Origin: Mobula hypostoma
Lineage: Eukaryota
Length of the DNA stretch: 64,000 nt
Direction of reading: 5' to 3'
Assembly: GCF_963921235.1 (NCBI RefSeq)
Contig: NC_086097.1
Span: 231,572,001 to 231,636,000, forward strand
Positions 13,113-23,527 of the stretch are shown here, piece by piece. Position 1 is the first letter of the stretch. Every line of letters starts with the position of its first letter. Position numbers and translations under genes: made by a program. Under the pieces are notes generated by a model. The model had not been told where the DNA came from and ran no database searches. It saw only the letters and a list, made by a program, of their open reading frames with translations.

Positions 13113-14112
13113 AAATTCAAAGTAAATTTATTATCAAAGTACATTATGTCAGCATATACAACACTGAAATTCATTACCTGTGGGCATACTCAGCAAATCT
13201 ATTTGATAGTAACTATAACGGGATCAATGAAGATCAACTAGAGTGCAGAAGACAACAAACTGTGCAATGGCAAATATAAATAAATGATAAAAACATGAGA
13301 CGATGACCTGGTCATGGAAAGGGAGATAGTTGATTGTGGGTACGTTCCAATGATGGGACAAGTGAAGCTGAGTATAGTTATCCCCTTTTATTCAAGAGCC
13401 TGATGGTAGTAACTGTTCCTGAACCTTGTGGTGCGAGTCCTGAGGCTGTTGTACCTTTTACCTGATAGCAACAGAGAAAATAGAACATGTCCTGGGTGGT
13501 GAGGAATCTCTTGTTGATGATTGCTGCCTTCCTACGACAGTGTTTTATGTAGATGGGCTCAATGCTTGGGAGGGCCTTACCTGTGATGTAATGGGCCGAG
13601 TTCACTAATATTTTTGTAGGAATTTCCGTCAAAGGCATTGGTGTTTTCATACCAAGCTGTGAGCAGCCAGTCAATATACTCTGCACTACACATCCACAGA
13701 AGTTTGTCAAAGTTTTAGATGTCATACCAAATCTTCGCAAACTCCTAAGAAAGTATAGGCATTGCCATGCTTTCTTGGCAATTGCAATTACATACTGTGT
13801 CTGGGACAGGTCCCCTGAAATAGCAACACCCAGGAATTTAAAGTTGCTACCCCTCTGATGAGGACCTGCTTTTGGACCTCTGATTTCCCTCTCCTAAAGT
13901 CCATAAGCATTTCCTTCCTCTTTCTGACATTGAGTGAGAGGTTGTTGGTATGATATGACTCAGCTAGATTTTCAATCTCCCTCCTATACGCCGATTCATC
14001 ACCACCTTTGATTTGGCCGACGACAGTGGTGTCATCAGCAAACTTGAATGTGGCATTGGAGCTGTGCTTAGCCACACAGTCATAGGTGTAAAGCAAGCAG
14101 AGCAGGGGGCTA
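13113..14112 (-). mobile_element. Rex1/Babar-type LINE 3' fragment, degraded
   Basis: ORF 13788-14117 (LYTYDCVA, FKFADDTTVVG) and 13378-13740; tail 'ttcaaagtaaatttattatc'. Confidence 0.85.
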
Positions 14113-14229
14113 ATCACCCAGTTTTGTGGTGCCTAGTTTACAAAGTATGGAATTGCAACACACGCCTTTCATTTGTTCTATTGTACTTCTTTGTTCTGCA
14201 GTGAATGCCTGCAAGAAAATGAACATATA

Positions 14230-15296
14230 CAGTGGTATGCAAATGTTTGGGCACCCCGGTCAAAATTTCTGTTACTGTGAACAGCTAAGCGAGTAAAAGA
14301 TGAACTGATTTCCAAAAGGCATAAAGTTAAAGATGACACATATCTTTAATATTTTAAGCAAGAAAACTTTTATTTCCATCTCTTACAATTTCAAAATAAC
14401 AAAAAAGGAAAAGGGCCCGAAGCAAAAGTTTGGGCACCCTGCATGGCAGTACTTAGTAACACCCCCTTTGGCAAGTATCACAGCTTGTAAACACTGTAAG
14501 CACTGTACAAAAATAGCCACTAAGAGTCTTTCAATTCTTGTTTGGGATATTTTCGCCCATCTTTCCTTGCAAAAGGCTTCTAGTTCTGTGAGATTCTTGG
14601 GCCGTCTTGCATGCACTGCTCTTTTGGGGTCTATCCACAGATTCTTGATGATGTTTAGGTCAGGGGACTGTGAGGCCCATGTCAAAACCTTCAGCTTGCG
14701 CCTCTTGAGGTAGTCCATTGTGGATTTTGAGGTGTGTTTAGGATCATTATCCTGTTGTAGAAGCCATCCTCTTTTCATCTTCCGCTTTTTAACAGACGGT
14801 GTGATGTTTGCTTTCAGAATTTTGCTGGTATTTAATTGAATTCATTCTTCCCTCTACCAGTGAAATGTTCCTAGTGCCACTGGCTGCAATACAAGCCCAA
14901 AGCATGATCGATTCACCCCTGTGCTTAACAGTTGGAGAGGGGTTGTTTTCAGGAAATTCTGCACCCTTTTTTCTCCAAACATACCTTTGCTCATTGCGGC
15001 CAAAAAGTTCTATCCAAAAGGTTCAAAGGAACATCTAAACAAACCTGATGCATTTTGGAAACAAGTCCTGTGGACTGATGAAGTTAAAATAGAACTTTTG
15101 CTTTGGGCCCTTTTCCTTTTTTTGTTATTTTGAAACTGTAAAAGATGGAAATAAAAAAGTTTTCTTGCTTAAAATATTAAAGAAATGTGTCATCTTTAAC
15201 TTTATGCCTTTTGGAAATCAGATCATCTTTTACTTGCTTAGCTATTCACAGTAACTGAAATTTTGACCAGGGTGCCCAAACTTTTGCATGCCACTG
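14230..15296 (-). mobile_element. Tc1-family DNA transposon, internally deleted, about 200-bp TIRs (IR/DR type), TA TSD
   Basis: TA|CAGTGGTATGCAAA...TTTGCATGCCACTG|TA; TIRs 14230-~14430 and 15093-15296; transposase motifs QQDNDPKH and SPDLNII on minus strand, VLWTDE on plus strand. Confidence 0.95.
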
Positions 15297-16245
15297 TATG
15301 TAATTTGATAATAAATTTATTTTGAACCTGATTGTACACACCTGGTTAAATGTGCTGCTCTTCCCAAATTGAATATCAGTAACAGGCTCATTTCTTTTAC
15401 TTGAAACTTTTCCAGATCTCAAGAATTCTGTAGGGTTAAGCTCAGGATGAAGGTTATATTCAGGGAATTTATAATCAATCATTTCAGTTCCTATCATCTG
15501 GTATTTTTTCATTGCATAATGCCAGATACTCACATCATAACTTTGATTTATTATTTTCTGTATACTATTTGTGTTTTTTTAAACTTGTAGATAATCTTTC
15601 TTTCAAGTCTTATCCATTTTCACATTAGCCATTTTAAATTTCTACTGCCTGAGTTGCGAAGGAAGCAAGATTGGTTTTGTAGCTGTCTTCGTTTTTACAA
15701 GGATGTAAAGGCCTTCTCATCTGTTTTCATATTTCATAATGGTTGCCTCAGACCAGAATGAAATATGAAATCGAAAGGCTGTTCAAACATATTTTCAAAA
15801 GTTTGACCAGCATACTGCAGTGGATTTTAATAGATAGAAGCCTTTGGTGCTAGTAGATGGTTTGAGGCCATTCAAGATGACTGGTAAAAGATAAGGAGGA
15901 ATGGAAAATCCACATGAGTATTTCTAACGCTTAATAAGTCAAGTTAATTTAGTTCCATCTGCAGACTTGTGTGTTTTAATAGTCTGATTATGAATATATT
16001 AGCACGCTGAATAGGTTGCCTGCTATTAGATGGCCTCAATTTCATTTCCGTCAGAATTGGGCAGAAGTTATTATCTATGGGCAATAAGTGATTTATGGGC
16101 CAAGTGAAAGGACGATCACTCTTCCATTCCCACAACCTTTTCTGCCATACATATAAACTGCAGGTGAACAATGCATGGACTCACAACCTAACTAGTGGTA
16201 TCTTAGCCTGTTGGCAATGAATTTAGCCCACTGCTCCAGTTAAAA

Positions 16246-16872
16246 TGAATTGAATTGAATTGACTTTGTTACTTACATCCTTCAAATACATGAGGAGTAA
16301 AAATCTTTACGTTATGTCTCCATTCGTGTGCAGTGTGCAATTATAGTAAGTTATAATAAATATTATGTACAGCAGGATAGTCAATATAACATAGCAATAC
16401 AGCTGTGTCAGCATGAATTAATCAGTCTGATGGCCTGGTGGAAGAAGCTGTCCCGCAGCCTGTTGGTCCTGGCTTTTATGCTGCCCCGATGGTAGCAGCT
16501 GATGTCTATAGGGTTTAGCCTGTCTCCATTCCTCCTGTCGTCCACAACCAGCTCCTTTCTTTTTGCGATGTTTAGGGAGAGGTTGTTTTCTTGACACCAC
16601 TGTGTCAGGGTGATGACTTGCTGTCTGTAGTTGCCTCATTGTAGTGTCATCAGCAAATTTATTGAGCAGATTGGAGCTGTGGGTGGTGACACAGTCATGG
16701 GTATACAGAGAATAAAGGAGGGGGCTTAGCACACAGCCCTGAGGGGATTTGTGTTGAGGGTCAGAGAGGCAGAGGTGGGGGAACCCACTCTTACCACCTG
16801 CTGATGATCTGACATGAAGCCCAGGATCCAGCTACACAAGGCAGGGTGAAGGCCGAGGTCTCTGAGCTTCCA
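16246..16872 (-). mobile_element. Rex1/Babar-type LINE fragment with internal deletions
   Basis: [20 protein letters not shown]; (TCAAT)n-type tail at 16246-16263. Confidence 0.8.
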
Positions 16873-17504
16873 CCCAAATGTGTGTGTTGCTGAAAACTGA
16901 CAGGCCTGATGTGACAAATCTCTGCAGAAAACTGTATGAGATCAATGCTGGATATGCCCAGCAAGTCAGGCAGCATCTATGGAAAGCAATAATGTTAACA
17001 CTGTTGGCTGAACAGCCCCTCATTCAATTTTGGAAAGGAGCAATACAGATATTTTGAGTTGCACAGGATGAAGGAGGAATGTATATGGAAAAAGAAATGC
17101 TTTAGATTGATAGTTTAACGGAGAATTCTCCTTGCCATCACCACCATGATCTTCCTGTGTGTGTGTGCCTGCAGAGCTGGCAAGGATCAGAGTACATGTG
17201 AACAGCTTGTTCTCCGTCTGGGCACCTGTAATGTCAACTATTTCAGGTCGCTTGCTCTCTTCTCAACTTGTGTCAGCTTTCCCTGCTCCCTCATCCCTTA
17301 GCATGATTTATCGCTTTTATCTTTCCATGATTTAGACAAATGAGGTGGCTAAAATTCAGAGGTTTGCAGATATGGTAAAGCTCCATTAATCTGACACTAC
17401 TGCCAAACCACTTTTAATTCTTCTCAAACGTTTCACAGTACAATGGTGTAATAAAATTTACAGCGATCCTGCTAAGTTTCACAGGAGTTTGGGACACATT
17501 GAGG

Positions 17505-18118
17505 CAAACATCCCACCCTGCAAAAACTCATTTCAGGGAGGTAGCACCATCAATTTGCGGGAGGCTCCCGGAACTCCCGGGAGAGGTGGGATGTCTGCAA
17601 TAGAGTAGCTCCCTAGCAGCTGGCCAGCTAGTTTAAATAACGTTAGCTATGCTAATAAACGAATGACACCTGTTAAACTCACCTCAACATGTCTTTTACA
17701 GTCTTAACCCACCATGGGTAGTAGAAAAGTCACTGTTGCAAACAGTGCAGCGAGCAACACTGTCATTATTTCGACCCCTATTAGGCAGGGGTACACTTTA
17801 GTGTAGTCTGGGGTGATGTACGTTTTATATCTTTTTTTTTGGAACACTCTGCCGTGGCGCTCTCTCGCTCGCATTGTCTCTCTCGTAGTCACTCGCACTT
17901 GCTTTCTCTCTTGCGCTCTCTCTCGCGCGCGCTCTCGCTTGCTTTCTCTCGCGCGCTCTCTCTCTCGTGGTCGCTCTCGCTCTCTCTCTTGCTTTCTCTC
18001 GCTCGCTCGCTCTCAAAAAAATTGATTTCCGGGATATTGTATATAATTTGCGGGCATCAGGGAGCCACTATTCATATGCGGGAGACTCCCAGAACCTCAG
18101 GGAGAGGTGGGATGTCTG
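17505..18118. mobile_element. Non-autonomous hAT element (MITE)
   Basis: Perfect 8-bp TSD CATTGAGG (17497-17504, 18119-18126); 13-bp TIRs CAAACATCCCACC / GGTGGGATGTCTG (1 mismatch); internal (CT/CTCG)n tract 17858-18013. Confidence 0.9.
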
Positions 18119-18431
18119 CATTGAGGTGAGATTAAGGGAAGTTTAGCAACCGAGGGCTAGTGAGTGGAAAGAGCACAGGAGCCGGGGCCTTAGTGATTTA
18201 GCAGGAGTGGTGACAATTGAGGTCGCGGTGCATTAAAGGAAGTCTGAGATCCAGTGCCCAAAGTGTGAAATGGACATCAGTGACTTCATAAAATGTGCAG
18301 GAACAGGAGCCCTGGTGTGTTAAAGAGAATGTGGGAGCAAAACTTAACACAAATTTAGTTCCTCAGCACTGGCTATTTTGTTGATACCATAAAAATATGA
18401 AGTCACGGCTTAAAAAATATAAAGTAAACGG

Positions 18432-20227
18432 CAATTCTGTGCAAAAGTCTTTGGCACACGTACATAGCTAGGGTGCCTAAGACTTTTGCACAGTACTGTA
18501 TTTGTCAAAGTGGAGCAGAGAACGGATTTGTAAGCCTGGTGAGGGCAAAGGATGCTGGGAATGGTGAGGGGAAATCACTGCCAGAGGGGTGTGGACCAAG
18601 CGGCAGGGAAGGAATACCAGGTGCTCCTGTGACACCAGGCTATGCCATTTGATGCCAAACAACTGGTTTATTGATCATTACAGATTGTCTCCCTGATGCT
18701 TCCCTCTCCCTCCCTGCTCCCTTCCCCTTTTCTCAATGATGATTCCCCTCTCCCTGACCACTTCCCACTTTCAGTCAACAATAGAGATCCGTATCAGAAA
18801 CAGGTTTATCATCACTCACATATCTCATTAAATTTTCTTTTTTAAGCAACAGCTGTACAGTGTAATATATAAAACTATTACATACTGTGCAAAGGTCTGA
18901 GGCACCCCAGCCATACTTCATACTTTATTGTCGCCAAGCAATTGGTACTAGAATGTACAATCATCACAGCTATACTTGATTCTGTGCTTCCCACTCCCTG
19001 GATTACAAATGGATGGTAAATATTAAAAATTTAAATTATAAATCATAAATAAAAAATAGAAAAATGGAAAGTAAGGTAGTGCAAAAAAACCGAGAGGCAG
19101 GTCTGGATATTTGGAGGGTACGGCCCAGATCCGGGTCAGGATCGGTTCAGCAACCTTATCACAGTTGGAAAGAAGCTGTTCCCAAATCTGGCCGTACGAG
19201 TCTTCAAGCTCCTGAGCCTTCTCCCGGAGGGAAGAGGGACGAAAGGTGTGTTGGCTGGGTGGGTCGTGTCCTTGATTATCCTGGCAGCACTGCTCCGATA
19301 GCGTGTGGTGTAAAGTGAGTCCAAGGACAGAAGATTGTTTTGTGTGATGTGCTGCACCGTGTTCACGATCTTCTGCAGCTTCTTTTCGGTCTTTGACAGG
19401 ACAACTTCCATATCAGGTTGTGATGCATCCTAGAAGAATGCTTTCTACGGTGCATCTAAAAATTAGTGAGAGTTTTAGGGGACAGGCCAAATTTCTTTAG
19501 TTTTCTCAGGAAGTAAAGGTGCTGGTGGGCCTTCTTGGCAGTGGACTCTGCTTGGTTGGACCAAGTCAGGTCATTTGTGATATTGACCCCGAGGAACTTA
19601 AAGCTTTTGACCTGTTCCACTTGCGTACCACCAATGTAAATTGGGTCCTGCGGTCCGCTACTCCTTCTGAAGTCAACAACCAATTCCTTTGTCTTGCTGA
19701 CGTTGAGGGATAGGTTATTGTCTTCGCATCATGCCACCAGGTTCTTAATTTCCTCTCTGTACTCAAACTCATCATTACCCGAGATACGGCCTACAATTGT
19801 TGTGTCATCAGCAAACTTATATATTGAGTTCGTTGGAAACTTGGCTACACAACCATGGGTGTGCAGTGAGTACAGCAGGGGGCTGAGTACACAGCCTTGT
19901 GGGGCACCGGTGCTCAGAGTGATTGTAGAGGAGAGCTTGTCCCCTATTTTTACAGCCTGGGTCCTGTCTGTGAGGAAGTTGAAGATCCAGCTGCAGATCT
20001 GAGTGCTAAGGCCCAGATTCCGGAGCTTAGGAATCAGTTTATTTGGAATGATGGTATTAAAAGCAGAGCTATAGTCAATGAAAAGGAGCCTTATGTATGC
20101 GTCTTTATTCTCCAGGTGTTCTAAGGAGGAATGTAGGGCCAGAGAGATGGCATCTGCCATTGACCTGTTGCTCCGGTAGGCGAATTGCACTATATATATA
20201 TGTGCCTAAGGCTTTTGCACAGTACTG
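18432..20227. mobile_element. Compound non-autonomous TIR element with palindromic Tc1-like ends, copy 1 (right end split by a Rex1 insertion)
   Basis: Hairpin unit CAGTACTGTGCAAAAGTCTTAGGCAC...GTGCCTAAGACTTTTGCACAGTACTG at 18432-18498 and again at 18881-18911 plus 20191-20227; spacer matches 48148-48567. Confidence 0.7.
18912..20189 (-). mobile_element. Rex1/Babar-type LINE, 5'-truncated RT
   Basis: [54 protein letters not shown] in ORFs 19136-20190. Confidence 0.92.
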
Positions 20228-20379
20228 TATATACAGAGTGCAATAGGTTTGTAATACAAGGACTCGACACAAAAAATTGCTGGACATGTACAATTGATCA
20301 GATGGCATTTGGAAAGTGAGAAGCTGATTTCCTGTACTCCTCTTCAGCAGAACTCCAGATTTTGTTTGTATTGAGAAGT

Positions 20380-20640
20380 ATTTATCCGTTCATTGGATAT
20401 AGGCATGTCTAACACCAACATTCATTGGCCATCCCGAATTACCACAAAGTGAGGTGGTGATTAAGAATCCACTACACTGGTTGGTCTGGAATCACCTGTA
20501 GGCCAAACTATGCAAGGTGGCAGGTCTCCTTCTGTGGAGGACAATAATCTCACAGATTCATGGATATTGTTCCTGAGATAAGCCAGCCTTAGCTTCCCCA
20601 GCTGCCATGGGATTTGAACTCGTTCCTCTGGATCACTTGT
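20380..20640 (-). mobile_element. Old tRNA-derived SINE remnant
   Basis: B-box-like GAGTTCAAATCC on minus strand at ~20610-20621; body resembles my recollection of elasmobranch SINEs (unverified). Confidence 0.45.
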
Positions 20641-20689
20641 TGCCAACATTTTAACTTGACCACCACTGTCAGCAATTGTCGATTACTAA

Positions 20690-20930
20690 GTACCAGACAG
20701 AAAATGCTAGAGGAACTCAGCAGGTCAGGCAGCATCTGTGGAAAAGAATAAACAGTTGATGTTTCAGACCAGAGCCTTCTTAAGGACTCAGACTCTTCTT
20801 AAATGTCTCAGCCTGAAACGACAACTGTTGATTGCTTCCTATAGATTTTGCCTGACCTGCTGAGTTCCTCCAGCATTTTGTGTGTGTTGCTTTAGACTTC
20901 CTGCATCTGCAGGTCTCCTCATGTTTGCGA
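20690..20930. mobile_element. Fold-back (inverted-arm) Penelope-terminus-derived element
   Basis: Arm 'aaaatgctagaggaactcagcaggtcaggc...gtttcag' is mirrored by 'ctgaaac...gcctgacctgctgagttcctccagcatttt'. Confidence 0.8.
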
Positions 20931-21534
20931 TTTGCTGATTACTCACCGATGATTACGTTTTCCTACCAAAGCTATTAATGTTTCTAATGTATGCTATTCT
21001 GAAAGTGAATGGATTCTGGATTAATGGGGTTTGTTAGATCATAATGAACCAGAATTTGATGAGCTCTTGCCAACCATATGCATTGCGTGCTTCCAAAAAA
21101 AAAATCCAAAGTGATCCTCCCAGTGGAAATTTTGAGTGTAAGGGTCAATGAGGCACCTCTGTACTATATCTAGATCATGCTGGTAGAGGCGAACAAACCC
21201 AAGGCAGCAAAACAAAGAAAAAAAAACGATAGCTAGCTAAAGCAAGTTTGCTTTTGAACCAGAGCTGTTAAAAATTGCATGAATTGGTTATTGAAATAAA
21301 TGTAAAATGTGTTCAGAGCAATGAAAAAATTGTTAATAAGCTTTTAAAATCAAATGTCTTGTATTAAAAATACTTAAGCTATGACTTCCCAAATTTCCTC
21401 GTTCTGTTTCACTGAAATAAATGCACTCTTTATTATGTCACATCCACCCTGTTGGAGCACCTTTATGTGGATCTTCCACAATCTGCTCCCGTGGCGACTC
21501 CAGCATTTGAACACATTTGACGAAACAACAGAGA

Positions 21535-21737
21535 ATTTATTCCTCTCCGTGGCTTGTGGTGCATTAGGAGGCAACCTTGCCGTTTATTTAGCTGTTCTCT
21601 GTTTTTATACGAGGCCAAGTTGCTGTCTCGATGCTCAACCCAGCACAGGTGGGAAGTGTACAGAGAGCCAGCCAGATTTGAACCCGGCCCTGCTCGCCTC
21701 GAAGTCCGGTGTGGAAGCCACGACACTACCGGCTGGC
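21535..21737 (-). mobile_element. tRNA-derived SINE
   Basis: Minus strand begins GCCAGCCGGTAGTGTCGTGG (A box) ... GGTTCAAATCT (B box) and continues into a non-tRNA body. Confidence 0.65.
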
Positions 21738-21818
21738 TAAAATACTGAGTTGCTGCCAGCATATTATGAGCCTTGTGTGAAAGAGAGAGAAAAAAAACCT
21801 GAAGTTACAGTCATGCCC

Positions 21819-22560
21819 CAAGACATCAGAGTGGAATTAGTTCATTTGGCCCATTGAGTCTGCTCTGCCATTCGATCATGACTGACCTGTAACGCTTTCA
21901 ACCTCATTCCCCTGCTTTCTGCCCCTAACCTTTGACACCATTACTAATCAAGAAACTGTCAACATCCACTTGAAGTATACCCAATGACTCGGCCTTCACA
22001 GCCAACTATGTCAGTGAATTCTACAGATTTACCATCCTCTGACTAAAGAAATTCCTTCTCTTCTTAGTTCTAAAGGGACGTCCCTCTATTTTGAGGCTGT
22101 GCCCTCTGGCCTGAGACACCCCCACCACAGCAAACATCCTCTCCATGTCCACACTATCTAGATCTTACAATATTCGATAGGTTTCACTCAAATCCCCACT
22201 CATGTTTCTCAACTTGAGTGAATACAGGGCCAGAGCCATCAAACACTCCTCATATGTTAATCCTTTTATCTCTAGAATCATTCTCATTAAACTCCTCTGG
22301 GCCCTCTCTGACGACAATATATACCTTCTTCGGTATGGGGCCCAAAACCACTAACAAAACTCCAAGAGCGGTCTGACCAGTGTCTTATAAAGACTCAGCA
22401 TTACACCCTTGGTTTTATATTCTAGTCCTCTTGAAATGAATGCTAACATTGCATTTGCCTTCCTTACTCAGCCTGCAAGTTAACATTCAGGGAATCCTGC
22501 ACGAGGACTCCCAAGTCCCTTTTCACTTCTGATTTCTGAATTTGCTTCCTGTTTAGAAAA
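21819..22560 (-). mobile_element. CR1 3' fragment, degraded
   Basis: RDLGVLVQDSL on minus strand; 3' end like other CR1 copies. Confidence 0.85.
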
Positions 22561-23527
22561 TAAGTTCCGTGTGATTTACTTACGATAAACTGAAATTCCA
22601 AAGCTGTGCTTAAGCCTAAACCAGAGAGGTTAGAATTTTGAATGCAGTCATTGAAAACTTTACATTGCAGAGTCAATTCAAATAGTAGCAATTCAGCTTT
22701 GACCACCAACTAGTACTTGGTTTACACAATGTTAATATCAGTAATACGAGCAATCCTGACTTCCATTTTCTATCTGTAATTTTTTTTCCACACCAGAAAA
22801 AGAGATCAAATTAGAAACAACTTTTGAAACTGGGGCTGCAGTTCATCTCATGGTAACAGATTTGATGGTCATTTACATTACAGCTGATGTTAATGGACAA
22901 ATTATTCTGCAAAGGCAACATTTATTTAACAATCATTTGGACTCTAATTTTAACTGAAAGATATTGGTATATTTTCACCACCATCTTTTTCTGGAACATC
23001 ATTTGTAAGTCATTCTTGGCTTAGCTACAAATAATTTGATTAAAATTTGAACAGGATTTCTGCTGGCTTTCAGGAAAAGGTATTGTCTTCAAGATACGAA
23101 CCAACAACAGAAAGTTTGGAAGCAATTTCTCTTGCCCTAGCTCACAGAGTAACAGCTAGTGTAAAGAGAAAACAGGAGGAAAAAGTAGCATCTTATTATA
23201 TCTTTCATAAAAGACTCGACTTCATTTTCAGAGAGCTATTTTAAAACTGGATCCTGTAGGCAATTTGTTCTGCCATACTATTGAAATCAGTAATACTAAC
23301 ACGGCAGTTTGTTGCTACACAGAAAACTGTGACCTTTCTACTGCAAATTTTTAAAGAAAAACAGGTACTTTCAAGCACTGTGTGTTAGCATGAAAGAATG
23401 GCTACCAAACAGGAAGTTTAGAGACATTTGTGAACTCTGCATTGGTGAAGCACTGAAATGATGAGATTGAGTGCAGAAGTCCTCATTCCAGAGGCTCTGA
23501 ACAAACGAACACCAGATAGATAGAAGA

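Noticed and set aside
17813..18129. Arg/Glu- or Ser/Leu-rich ORFs
   Set aside because: Translations of the (CT/CTCG)n tract inside a hAT MITE.
20690..20930. miRNA precursor or DNA-transposon MITE
   Set aside because: The arms are Penelope terminal sequence, and related copies have variable 10-14-bp TSDs typical of retroposition rather than fixed TIR/TSD signatures.
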